A stretch of DNA of 61,482 bases, filler included. It is 9 parts of 9 records of this genome, joined end to end, with 100 filler letters (N's around TTAATTAATTAA, not from the genome) between each part and the next. Parts side by side here need not be neighbours in the genome. Positions count along the whole stretch, not along the records: positions 11,139 to 18,066 come from SRR31147125_38779; positions 18,167 to 28,088 come from SRR31147125_38804; 7 more parts are not named here. The stretch is one strand, 5' to 3'. Within the stretch, counting starts at the first letter, position 1; each line of letters starts with the position of its first letter. A program made the position numbers and the translations under genes. Below the pieces are notes generated by a model. It ran no database searches and was not told where the DNA came from. It worked only from the letters and a program-made list of their open reading frames with translations. This document shows, piece after piece, positions 11,522-20,742 of the stretch.

Positions 11522-11857
11522 ATGGAATTAAATTTTGCAAAAGCTTTAGATACGGGATATATAAAAATGCTTGACGGCGTTGAACGCAAAACGCTTGTTT
11601 ACGGTGATAAAACGCTTATGGTAGAGTTTAGACTGAAAAAGGCAAGTACACTGCCGATGCACTCACATCCGCATGAACAGATAGGGTATCTTGTTTCCGG
11701 ACATATCGTTTTGACTATTGACGGAGCGGAGCACGATGTAATGCCGGGGGACTCCTGGGTTATAAAAGGAGATTTAGAACACGGTGCAGATATCATAGAA
11801 GATTCTGTGGCTGTTGAGGTATTTTCACCAGTAAGGGAAGATTATATTAACGGGTGA
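11522..11857 (+). CDS. Cupin domain protein (KdgF-like)
   Basis: PMHSHPHEQIGY...PGDSW...EHG...EVFSPVREDY cupin metal motifs. Confidence 0.85.
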   Translation: MELNFAKALDTGYIKMLDGVERKTLVYGDKTLMVEFRLKKASTLPMHSHPHEQIGYLVSGHIVLTIDGAEHDVMPGDSWVIKGDLEHGADIIEDSVAVEVFSPVREDYING

Positions 11858-11873
11858 TCTTTACACAATTAAG

Positions 11874-12752
11874 ATGAAATTTATATTTACAGAAGTTGAA
11901 AAAGGCCGGGGTCTGATATCCCGGGTAGACGAATATCTAAGCAGGCTGAGTCACGTTGAGCTTTCTATGAGACTTGGCCGTTCTGATGTTTCCGCCGATG
12001 AATACGCGCAGATCCTTGGCGGCTGTGTACTGGAGTGGGAAGAGCAGGAGATAATCAGGCTTGGACCAGTGATGGAGAAAGCTGAAAAAATAATAGACGG
12101 GCTGTGTATGTTATCTGATGATATTTATGTCGTTAAAACTGACGGAAGCGACGAATGGAACAGCGCATACACACGGGGAAGCACTATATTTCTTCCTCCT
12201 AATAAACTGGCTTATGAGGAAGGTAAGCTTTTAAGCCTTGTTCTGCACGAGTTCTTCCATGCTTACTTCAGAGGAAGAGAGGACATTCACGAAGAGCTTT
12301 ATTCGCTTGCAGGGTTTTCGCTGATAAACGAGATAAAACTACCGGACAGCCTGAAGACTAGAAAGCTTACGAATCCCGACGGACCGATACTCAATTACTG
12401 CATTGAAGCAGAATATAAAAACCGCAGTATATTTGCTTGCCCTCTGATTATGTTAAAAGAAGGAAGAACTGCAATAGACCCTGAGAAAGACATAATGGAA
12501 AGCATTGAGTTCGGATTGGTCGAAGTAGAGAAGAAAAACGATGTGTGGCAAATTGTTTTACAGAACGGCGAAGCTTTTGTCATAGATCAATCTGATATGA
12601 AGATAGCTGATTGCCAATGCAGCTTGGCAGGAGAGGCTCTTGATCCGAATGAAATATTAGCCGAAGCTTTTACAGATATTGCGCTGGGTAATATTGATAA
12701 GAACTTGTGCATTGATATTGAACGTTTTAAAAAGATAATTTCGCAGTCTTGA
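11874..12752 (+). CDS. Hypothetical protein with HEXXH motif (putative zinc metallopeptidase)
   Basis: AYTRG...VLHEFFHAY, TNPD and a distal PNEILAE. Confidence 0.6.
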   Translation: MKFIFTEVEKGRGLISRVDEYLSRLSHVELSMRLGRSDVSADEYAQILGGCVLEWEEQEIIRLGPVMEKAEKIIDGLCMLSDDIYVVKTDGSDEWNSAYTRGSTIFLPPNKLAYEEGKLLSLVLHEFFHAYFRGREDIHEELYSLAGFSLINEIKLPDSLKTRKLTNPDGPILNYCIEAEYKNRSIFACPLIMLKEGRTAIDPEKDIMESIEFGLVEVEKKNDVWQIVLQNGEAFVIDQSDMKIADCQCSLAGEALDPNEILAEAFTDIALGNIDKNLCIDIERFKKIISQS

Positions 12753-12776
12753 CAAAAAGAGCATTGATGATAAAAT
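12749..12776 (+). promoter_or_regulatory. Sigma-A promoter of the ABC-F gene
   Basis: TTGACA (12749-54), 16-nt spacer ending in an extended -10 TG, TAAAAT (12771-76). Confidence 0.7.
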
Positions 12777-12795
12777 AAGTGATATAAAACATCAC

Positions 12796-12880
12796 GGAGG
12801 CTGGAGTGCGTAAATAGCATTGCAAAACACAGAAAATAATTTTCAGGACATTTGTGTTTTGCTATGCGCTTTCTTCTTCT
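12796..12880 (+). promoter_or_regulatory. Putative ribosome-dependent attenuator: uORF (M-R-K) plus terminator hairpin
   Basis: GGAGG 12796-800, GTG CGT AAA TAG 12806-17. Arms GCATTGCAAAACACA (12817-31) and TGTGTTTTGCTATGC (12853-67), followed by a T-rich tract. Confidence 0.65.
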
Positions 12881-12902
12881 AGTCTACGGAGGTGTTTTTT
12901 AT

Positions 12903-14312
12903 ATGCTTACAATTCAAATTGACAATATAATTATGGAATACGGCAGCAAAAAGCTGTTTGGCAAAAAAGAACTTAGGACCTATTCAAACGATAAAATCGG
13001 AATAATCGGAGAGAACGGAAGCGGGAAGTCTACGCTTCTTGATATAATTGCGGGGGAGGTACAGCCGACGGGCGGCAGTATAAAGCTATTTACTGATTTC
13101 AGCTATATAGAGCAGCTTGCACAGTCAAGTATTACTGAAAGCAAAACGAATATTTTTTATAAATGGTCGGTACCTGACAGTCCGAAGAGCGGCGGAGAGA
13201 TAATGCGGCAAAAGATTGCTGATGCTTTTGCACAGGGGAGCGGGATACTGCTGTGTGATGAACCTACATCTAACCTTGACGAGGCCGGAATAACGATGCT
13301 TGAAGAAGCTCTTTATGCTTATAAAGGTACTTTGCTTTTAGTAAGTCACGACAGGCGTTTGCTGGATAACGTGTGCAGCAAGATTTGGGAGATAGAAGGC
13401 GGAAGTATAAATGAGTACAGCGGAGGATATACCGATTATCTTACAGAAAAAGAAAAGCTGCGACAGAACCAGCGCAAAGAGTATGATAAGTATACAAGCG
13501 AAAAGAAGAAGCTTAAGGCAGCGGTCTTGAACAGAGCGTCTAAAGCAGCCGGCATGAAAAATCCCCCAAAACGCATGGGCAACAGCGAAGCGAGGCTGCA
13601 CAGGATGGACGTCCGGCAAAGGGCGGGCAAAGTTAGCAAAGCGTCTGCTCAAATACGTTCAAGACTGGAAAAACTGGAAGAGAAGCAGAAACCCAAAGAC
13701 ACAACGAGTTACAGCTTGAGCGCACCGAGCGGATTTGAAAAAACGGGCAGGATTGCTTTGAGGATAGAGAACCTCAGTTTCTCGTACGGGGATAATACTG
13801 TGCTTAGTGATTTTTCAATGACGGCGGAAAAGGGAGATAAGATAGCGATAACCGGCAGTAACGGAAGCGGTAAATCTACGCTGCTGGAATGCATCGTGAA
13901 CGGCGAAGAAGGAGTGTACGTGCCACCTGGGGTTGATATAGGATATTTCAGTCAGAATGGTTTTGACCTAGATGAAGAAAGCACGATACTGGAATATTTG
14001 ATGCGATATAGCAGCCAGAAGGAGCATATGACAAGGACGATAATCGCCCGTCTTGGTATTCGCCGTGATGATGTTTATAAGAAGATAAGCGTGCTATCGG
14101 GAGGGGAGAGGTGCAAAGTGTCTCTTGCTAAGCTGATATGTCAGAACCCTTCTATGCTGATTCTTGATGAGCCGACAAACTATCTCGACTTATACATACT
14201 TTCGGCGCTTGAAGAGATGCTTGAGAGTTATGAAGGAACGCTGATACTCGTCAGTCACGACAGATATTTCAGGGAGAAAGTAACACAGAAAGAGATAAAC
14301 CTTGACTGCTGA
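12903..14312 (+). CDS. ABC-F ribosomal protection-like ATPase (ARE-ABCF; Msr/Vga/CplR-like)
   Basis: Two NBDs (GENGSGKST/CDEPTSNLD; GSNGSGKST/LSGGE/LDEPTNYLD), no TM domain, extended linker with PKRMGNSEARLH. SD GGAGGTG before ATG 12903. Confidence 0.85.
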   Translation: MLTIQIDNIIMEYGSKKLFGKKELRTYSNDKIGIIGENGSGKSTLLDIIAGEVQPTGGSIKLFTDFSYIEQLAQSSITESKTNIFYKWSVPDSPKSGGEIMRQKIADAFAQGSGILLCDEPTSNLDEAGITMLEEALYAYKGTLLLVSHDRRLLDNVCSKIWEIEGGSINEYSGGYTDYLTEKEKLRQNQRKEYDKYTSEKKKLKAAVLNRASKAAGMKNPPKRMGNSEARLHRMDVRQRAGKVSKASAQIRSRLEKLEEKQKPKDTTSYSLSAPSGFEKTGRIALRIENLSFSYGDNTVLSDFSMTAEKGDKIAITGSNGSGKSTLLECIVNGEEGVYVPPGVDIGYFSQNGFDLDEESTILEYLMRYSSQKEHMTRTIIARLGIRRDDVYKKISVLSGGERCKVSLAKLICQNPSMLILDEPTNYLDLYILSALEEMLESYEGTLILVSHDRYFREKVTQKEINLDC

Positions 14313-14322
14313 CGGTCTAAAA

Positions 14323-14673
14323 TCATCTGTATATAAAGTAAAGTATTATCCAGATAAGGTGCATGAGGTTGATTAGAGCATATATAATAAAGATTATATT
14401 TACGACGATGTTGGATTTTTGAAGCTGTGTTGTGTTTGCTTTTTTCAGCCTTACGCCGATGTATATCAAAAGCAGGGCAGGCAGAAGTATTTTTGTTGCA
14501 AACGAGAGAGAGGAATCGGACATGAAAAAGCGCATGATAGGATTAGCTTCTATGAACATATTCGTCTGAAGCAGGAACTTTGTAAGCTGGATATCGTTTA
14601 TGTTCAGAGCGTAGACGATAAAAAGCTTATTCCTTATTTTAGCGTAATTGTGGTATTTGAAGTAGGTAATCAA
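14323..14673 (-). CDS. Small membrane protein, DUF5658-like
   Basis: LNINDIQLT...FIEANPIM...K motif with three to four TM segments. Confidence 0.65.
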   Translation of the reverse strand: MITYFKYHNYAKIRNKLFIVYALNINDIQLTKFLLQTNMFIEANPIMRFFMSDSSLSFATKILLPALLLIYIGVRLKKANTTQLQKSNIVVNIIFIIYALINLMHLIWIILYFIYR

Positions 14674-14700
14674 GCCCGTCCTCCAAACTTTGTTTATTCT

Positions 14701-15279
14701 CTATTTTTCATCAAAGAAGACGACTTCGCCATCCTGAAATTTTTCTATCATGGCAAGAGATTCAATTTTATAGCCTGAGTTTCTAAGCTTGTTGCCGCCG
14801 TCCTGAAATACTTTTTCAATAACTATGCCAAAGCCTGCTATTTTTGCGCCTGCCTGGGATGCTATTTCTATCATAGAGTTTGTAGCGCTGCCGGATGCGA
14901 GGAAGTCGTCCACTATTAAAACGCAGTCGTCGCTTGAGAGATGTTGTTTTGAAATTCTTACTTTATATGTTTTGCCTTTTGTGAACGAAAATACTTCGCT
15001 CTCGTATACGTCGTTGCTTATATTTTTAGACTCGGTTTTTTTAGCGAACACAACAGGGACTTTAAAATATCTTGCCGTTGCAAAAGCCACGCTTATCCCG
15101 GAAGTCTCGACAGTGAGAACCTTTGTTATAGGCTCGTCCTTGAATCTGTTATAGAACTCCTTGCCGATCTCGTCTATGAACTCTACGTCAATTTGATGAT
15201 TCAGAAAAGAATCGACCTTTAAAATATCATCGCCGATGACAGTACCGACATCTCTTATTTTTTTCTTAAGAAGTTCCAT
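14701..15279 (-). CDS. xpt: Xanthine phosphoribosyltransferase
   Basis: ILKVDSFLNHQID, VFAKK, PRPP motif VLIVDDFLASG, IVIEKVFQDG. Confidence 0.95.
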   Translation of the reverse strand: MELLKKKIRDVGTVIGDDILKVDSFLNHQIDVEFIDEIGKEFYNRFKDEPITKVLTVETSGISVAFATARYFKVPVVFAKKTESKNISNDVYESEVFSFTKGKTYKVRISKQHLSSDDCVLIVDDFLASGSATNSMIEIASQAGAKIAGFGIVIEKVFQDGGNKLRNSGYKIESLAMIEKFQDGEVVFFDEK

Positions 15280-15387
15280 ATATTATTCCTTTCGCTGCTT
15301 TAGAGTTGGTTTGCAGATGTTAAATCAGATTATAACATAAAAAGAATGATTTAAAAACAAAAAGTATGCGCTAGTTTCAGGAAATTA

Positions 15388-16582
15388 CTAAGGGAGCATA
15401 CCGCCCTTGTTTCTTTCCTGGGCAACGAAGAACGAAACGAGCATTAAACCGCAGGCTGCAGCGCAGAGGTAGTATGCCGCCGACTGTGAGAACGCATTGA
15501 CCAAAAGCCTGCTGCGAACGGAAGGAAAGCAGCACCGAGGCCGCAGAATGCAAAAGCGATATTGAGCATGGGCGCAGTGTAGCCTTTACTTCTTTTTGCT
15601 AGTTTGTCTACGATAATGGGCCAAAGTGGTCCGCAGCCAAAGCCGCACAGACCAAACATGACGATTTTAACGGTCGGGTCTTTAAGCGTCATGGCAAGGA
15701 TAAGAGACACAATAGTTAAACAGCTTAGGGCTATAAATATACCGTCGGTATCTTTTTTGAAGAAACCAGCCAATCCCGTCAGCAGCCTTGAAGGCATCAT
15801 AGACAGCCAGAATACAGAAAGGGCGGTTGCGCTGAGCTGAGGCATGTTGAGCTGGATTTCAAAATAGCTGTCTGTGAAATTGGCTGTAGTGTTTTCTATG
15901 CCTACATACAGGAAAATGCCTATGATAAGAAATAAGATAACTCTGTACTTTAAGTGTTTAAGTACTCTTAAAGTATGCGGCTTCTCGTGGTTAATTACAT
16001 CGTTGTAGTGGCGTGTGAAGAAGAACAGGAGACCGAAGATGAGGAAGGGCACTGCTGTAAAGAAATACAGGTTTTGAAAATATATACCGACGCCTTCTAT
16101 GAGCGCTTTCGCTATCAGCGGACCGGTAAAAGCACCGAGACTGAAAAACACTTGAGAGAAATTAAGGTGCATTGATGACCTTTCGTGGAATTCGTCGGTC
16201 AGAACTGCGGAAAGAGTTGCTTCAGTTACTGCATACCCTGCTCCTATAAACAATACAGAGCCTATGTAAATATAGATGTTGGGTGAGAGACCCGCAAGAA
16301 CCATGCCAAAAATCATAAGCCCATAAGCAATAATAACTGTCTTTTTCTTGCCTATTTTACCGCTGAGTACTCCAAGCAGGAATGGAGAGAAGAACATGCC
16401 TATGCTCTGCATAGCGACCAGCAGCCCCAGCATTCCTGCGCTTAGCGAAAACTTCTCTGTCATGCTTAGCACTGTGTATTGAAAAAACCAAGGTATATGC
16501 CGAGCATCATAAGAGAAAAATAACAAACTGTTACAACCAAAGCTTTGTTTTTAAAAGTATTTGTCGTTATAGTTGACTTCAT
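15388..16582 (-). CDS. MFS transporter (two frameshifts, near 16485 and 15505)
   Basis: Motif A GVLSGKIGKK and IFLYVGIE. N-terminus MKSTITTN...MLGIYLGF from ATG 16582 and C-terminal TM ending at TAG 15388 lie in adjacent frames. Confidence 0.8.
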
Positions 16583-16688
16583 TGTCACACCTGCATATAG
16601 ATTTGCAAACCAGCTTAAAGTATATTGGCGCAGCTATGCTTTTGTCAATCTGTTTGGTCAACAAAATAATAATATAATGCATTACGCA

Positions 16689-16717
16689 TGGAAATATATC
16701 GAAAGATATCGTATACT
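16689..16717 (+). promoter_or_regulatory. Candidate sigma-A promoter giving a leaderless mRNA
   Basis: TGGAAA-N17-TATACT; the ATG at 16724 sits at the expected +1 and has no SD. Confidence 0.4.
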
Positions 16718-16723
16718 GTATTC

Positions 16724-18066
16724 ATGAGAAAATACTTCTACATTTTAGTGGACAGCGATTATAGAAAAATGGAACTTTTGCCGAATATGACGTTTCTTGA
16801 TGCAAAGAATGCAGTCGGCAACAAAACCGCCATTTGTGCGCTTAGAAATGAGGAACTCGTATCACTTGGCAAGAGGATAAATGAAGGGGATCGTGTAAAG
16901 TTCTTATCAAGCACGCAAAGTGAAAACGCTTCACGTGTGTTTCTTAGAGGGGCCACTATGCTGCTTCATACTGCGGCGAACGAGCTTGGTATAGATTTTA
17001 TCGTCGAGCATGTGCTTTACGGTGGAATTTTTTGTAACTTGAGAAATGCGGACGATGAAAAGATAGCCCAGATTCAGGCGAAGATAGACGAATACATAGA
17101 GAGCGACGAAGAATTCAGCTTTACAATGGTCGACGTAGAGCGTGCAAAAGAGCTTTTAACCAAAGAAGACATGACAGAGCAGGTAAGGCTGCTAAAGTTC
17201 CGCCCGTTTGATTATTTCAGGCTGTATTGGTTTAGAACCACTGCGGGTATTTTCACGGCATAATGCCGCCGAGCTCCGGCTATCTTAGAGGAATGAAGCT
17301 TGAAAAATATCAGCACGGCTTCATGCTTAAGATACCATCGCCCTATAAGCTTTCTTCACAGTATCTTGATAATCAGAAAAAGTATTTGAGCGTATTTAGA
17401 ACTGCTGAGAAATGGGCAGAAGAGATGAACAGTTCTTATATAGCTGATCTGAATGAACATTATCTTTCGGGTAATATCGAAGAGATCATAAAATCTAACG
17501 AGGAGCTTCATGAAGAGAATATAGAAAAAATTGCAGACGATATCGTAAAGAGAGGCTCGATCAGGATAGTGCTTATAGCTGGACCGTCTTCGTCCGGCAA
17601 GACTACGTTTGCAAAGAGACTTGCGCTGAAACTGACTGAAAAAGGCAAGCGATCTATCAAGGTGTCTATAGACGATTATTATAAGAATAAAAGCGACATT
17701 CCGGCAGACAAAACAGGAGAGCAGGATTTAGAGAGCCTATCCGCCATTGATACTAAAAAACTGGAGGAGGATATCAGCGGTCTTATTGAAGGCAGGGGGA
17801 TCAAGCTGCCGGTCTTTGATTTCGTTGCAGGAGTAAGAAAGTATTCTGATGTTATTACTAAAATTGATGACGAGATTATAATCGTCGAAGGAATACACGG
17901 GCTTAATGACAAGCTTTTGAGCGGAATCAATGCAAGCCTTAAGTTTAAGATATATATTGCGCCGCTTACTGCGCTGAATTTTGACAGAAGAAGCGTTGTG
18001 CTTCCCGAAGACTTAAGGATACTAAGAAGGCTTGTTAGGGATAAGCGCACGAGAGGGTTTTCTTTT
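16724..18066 (+). CDS. Nucleoside (uridine) kinase family with ThrRS-like N-terminal region; frameshift near 17233; 3' truncated
   Basis: IAGPSSSGKTTF, SIDDYY, LPVFDF, IVEGIHGLN, RRLVRD.RTRG. The two ORFs join as RLYW.../NHCGYFHGIMPPSSGY. Confidence 0.82.
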
Positions 18067-18166
18067 NNNNNNNNNNNNNNNNNNNNNNNNNNNNNNNNNN
18101 NNNNNNNNNNTTAATTAATTAANNNNNNNNNNNNNNNNNNNNNNNNNNNNNNNNNNNNNNNNNNNN
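18067..18166. other. Artificial contig spacer
   Basis: Ns around TAATTAATTAA. Confidence 0.98.
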
Positions 18167-19824
18167 AAAAAAACCTGCTTAGGTCCAGCGATTCTCTGAC
18201 CATTCCAAAGTGTTTTAATCTTTTGCCCCAGGATATTATAGATCTCGATCTTTAACTCAGTGGACTCTGATAGCTCGAATCCAATTCTGGTGACAGCATG
18301 TTGGCTAACAATAAACGGATTTGGATAACATCCGGTTAATCTATGATGAGTAGGCCGAATTGGGGGATCGCCTTTGTATTGCATAGCCGCCAAAGCATTC
18401 ACCAATCCATAACCATACACATTATCAGGTGAGAAGAAACGATCCGCTGTTTGAATAAGACACTCCCTCACCTCTGCCGGTGTCAAATTCGGATGAGCTG
18501 ATAAAATAAGCGCAGCTGTGCCAGCTACCAGCGGACTGGCGAATGAAGTTCCAACCACACGGCTGTAAGTAAACTCTCCATCCTTACCTTTTCCAAGTGA
18601 AATGCTTACATTATAAGAACCCATTGCCACAACATCCGGCTTGATGCGACCATCAAAAGTTGGGCCAAGAGAACTATAGCTAGCAATGGAGCCATTTGAG
18701 CTAACAGCACCAACAGCAATGACATCTTTTCCGTCTGCTGGTGCCGTCACATATCGCCAGGCTTTATCACCCTCATTACCTGCTGATGTAACGACAACAA
18801 TGCCTTTTTTCACAGCCAGATCAGCAACTATTGTTATCGGAGCTGTTTGTCCATCCATATCTGCAAAAGTATACCAATCCAAATAACCAACACTTGAATT
18901 AATAATATCAGCTCCCAAATTTTCAGCCCACTCGGCAGCAGCAATCCAATTATCCTCTTCTACTTGCGTTTCATTTGGTATATCTTCGGTTTTAGCCAGA
19001 ATAAAATCAGCTGCAAAGGCTGGACCGATCAGCTGGCCTTGCTTAAAACCTCCCAGTATTGCCAGGACCTGGCTGCCATGATAGTTCTGCGATAAGACAT
19101 CCTGGCCTTCCTCATTGTCAACAATATCATCCTTATTGACAAAATCATATTGGGCAAAAACTCTTGATCTGAGATCATCAAAAACCTCATGTTCAAGACG
19201 AAAGCCAGAATCAAAGACTGCAATGAGCACTCCCTGTCCATAGACACCTAAATCATGAACGCCGGGAACGTTAATCATGTCATTTTGTACCAGGGATTGT
19301 CCATAGTCAAAATTGTAGGCAGACGAGGCTGGCAGGTTTTTGTCAAGATGATCACTTTCAGGTAAAAGCGGCTGTCGTTTCTCTGCCCGTGCTACTTTTC
19401 GATAATGTGATACAAAAGGCAACTGCTTTGCCTGATCCAGTTGTTGTTCACTGGCATAAACACTTATAGCATTGAGCCATTTTGATTGATGAACGAGTTC
19501 AAATCCCTCAGCCTGTAGTTGCTGTATATAAGATGGCCAGACCGGTAAATCCGTATAATCAACCAGGGCTCCATCCGGCAACACCTTGGCCCGTCGAATC
19601 CTGGCTTTATCACTCAGCTCTTCTTCAAATTGAAGAAGAGCTGATTTTTTCAAACTTTCTGGCCCTTTGTCCTTTAAAAATAGCCAATATTTTTGGTGAC
19701 TATTTGAATCAGAAAATGCCAGAGTTGGTTCAATAGCAAAAAAAATCAAACCTGCGATAGCCACAATAACCATCAGTATAGCCCTGAGCTGGCCATATAT
19801 TATTTTTTCAAACAGGAGGTACAA
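18167..19824 (-). CDS. S8 subtilisin-like serine peptidase with C-terminal secretion/FlgD-like domain (3' truncated)
   Basis: Triad IAVFDSG, YHGSQV, GTSFASP; SAGNEG oxyanion motif; C-terminal YPNPF...IEIYNILGQKIKTL. Confidence 0.9.
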
Positions 19825-19875
19825 TAGTGAAAAATCCTTTTATTATGATATATCTCAATACGTGCCAGGTAAAAC

Positions 19876-20541
19876 TTACCTTACTTCCATGTAAGCTTTT
19901 TCAATAAATACAGGTTCAGCTGGTTGGGACCTTTCTCCTGCCCGGCTCGTTTTAACCTGGACATTAGCAATTTTTTCCATTACATCTAAACCTTCAACAA
20001 GTTTCCCAAATACTGTATACTGTCCATCCAGGGCCTGAGTTCCTTGTCTTGACAAACAAATAAAAAACTGACTTCCTGCGCTGTTATTATCGCCACCCCT
20101 TCTGGCCATTGAAAGGATTCCCTTATCATGAGGTGTATCACTAAATTCGGCGGGCAACGTATAGCCGGGGCCACCTGTACCATCATTATCAGGATTATCA
20201 TCTCTGGTTAAAATATCTCCACCCTGGATCACAAAATTCTGAATAATGCGATGAAACTTTGTACAATCATAATAGCCAGCCTTTACTAATCTTTTAAAAG
20301 CTTTGCTATGCTCAGGAGCAATTTCAGGAAAAAACGAAATAACCATCTTGCCAAAATTTGTTTCCAGAACAGCTACTTCGCCAGCCTCAAGATCTTCCAA
20401 TGGCATTGATTTAACTTTAGCTAAAAGGGATTGAATTTGTGATTGATCCAATGATTTACACGCCATACCTTTTTCTCCTTTTTGACATCCTAAACAAACT
20501 ACAAGTAGTAAAGCAATTGACACGTATAGTATGTTTTTCAT
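19876..20541 (-). CDS. Cyclophilin-type peptidyl-prolyl cis-trans isomerase, probable lipoprotein
   Basis: FHRIIQNFVIQGGD, GILSMAR, AGSQFFI, LDGQYTVFG; lipobox-like CLGC. Confidence 0.92.
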   Translation of the reverse strand: MKNILYVSIALLLVVCLGCQKGEKGMACKSLDQSQIQSLLAKVKSMPLEDLEAGEVAVLETNFGKMVISFFPEIAPEHSKAFKRLVKAGYYDCTKFHRIIQNFVIQGGDILTRDDNPDNDGTGGPGYTLPAEFSDTPHDKGILSMARRGGDNNSAGSQFFICLSRQGTQALDGQYTVFGKLVEGLDVMEKIANVQVKTSRAGERSQPAEPVFIEKAYMEVR

Positions 20542-20742
20542 TTATTCCTCCAATTCAGAAATAAAAATAATTAACAGAACTTTAATCGTAGTATAACGAT
20601 CCTCTGTTAAAAAACGATTAATCAAATTTTTAAAAAGTTAACAAAATATGCCTTAAATTCAAGTAGTAAATAATCAAACATTTTTTACCCGCACGAATCT
20701 GTTTTTCATTGCATAAACTTTAAAATTTATATACTTTAAAAA

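Noticed and set aside
15280-15390. Purine riboswitch upstream of xpt
   Set aside because: Expected from context, but the conserved aptamer core is not present and the leader is short.
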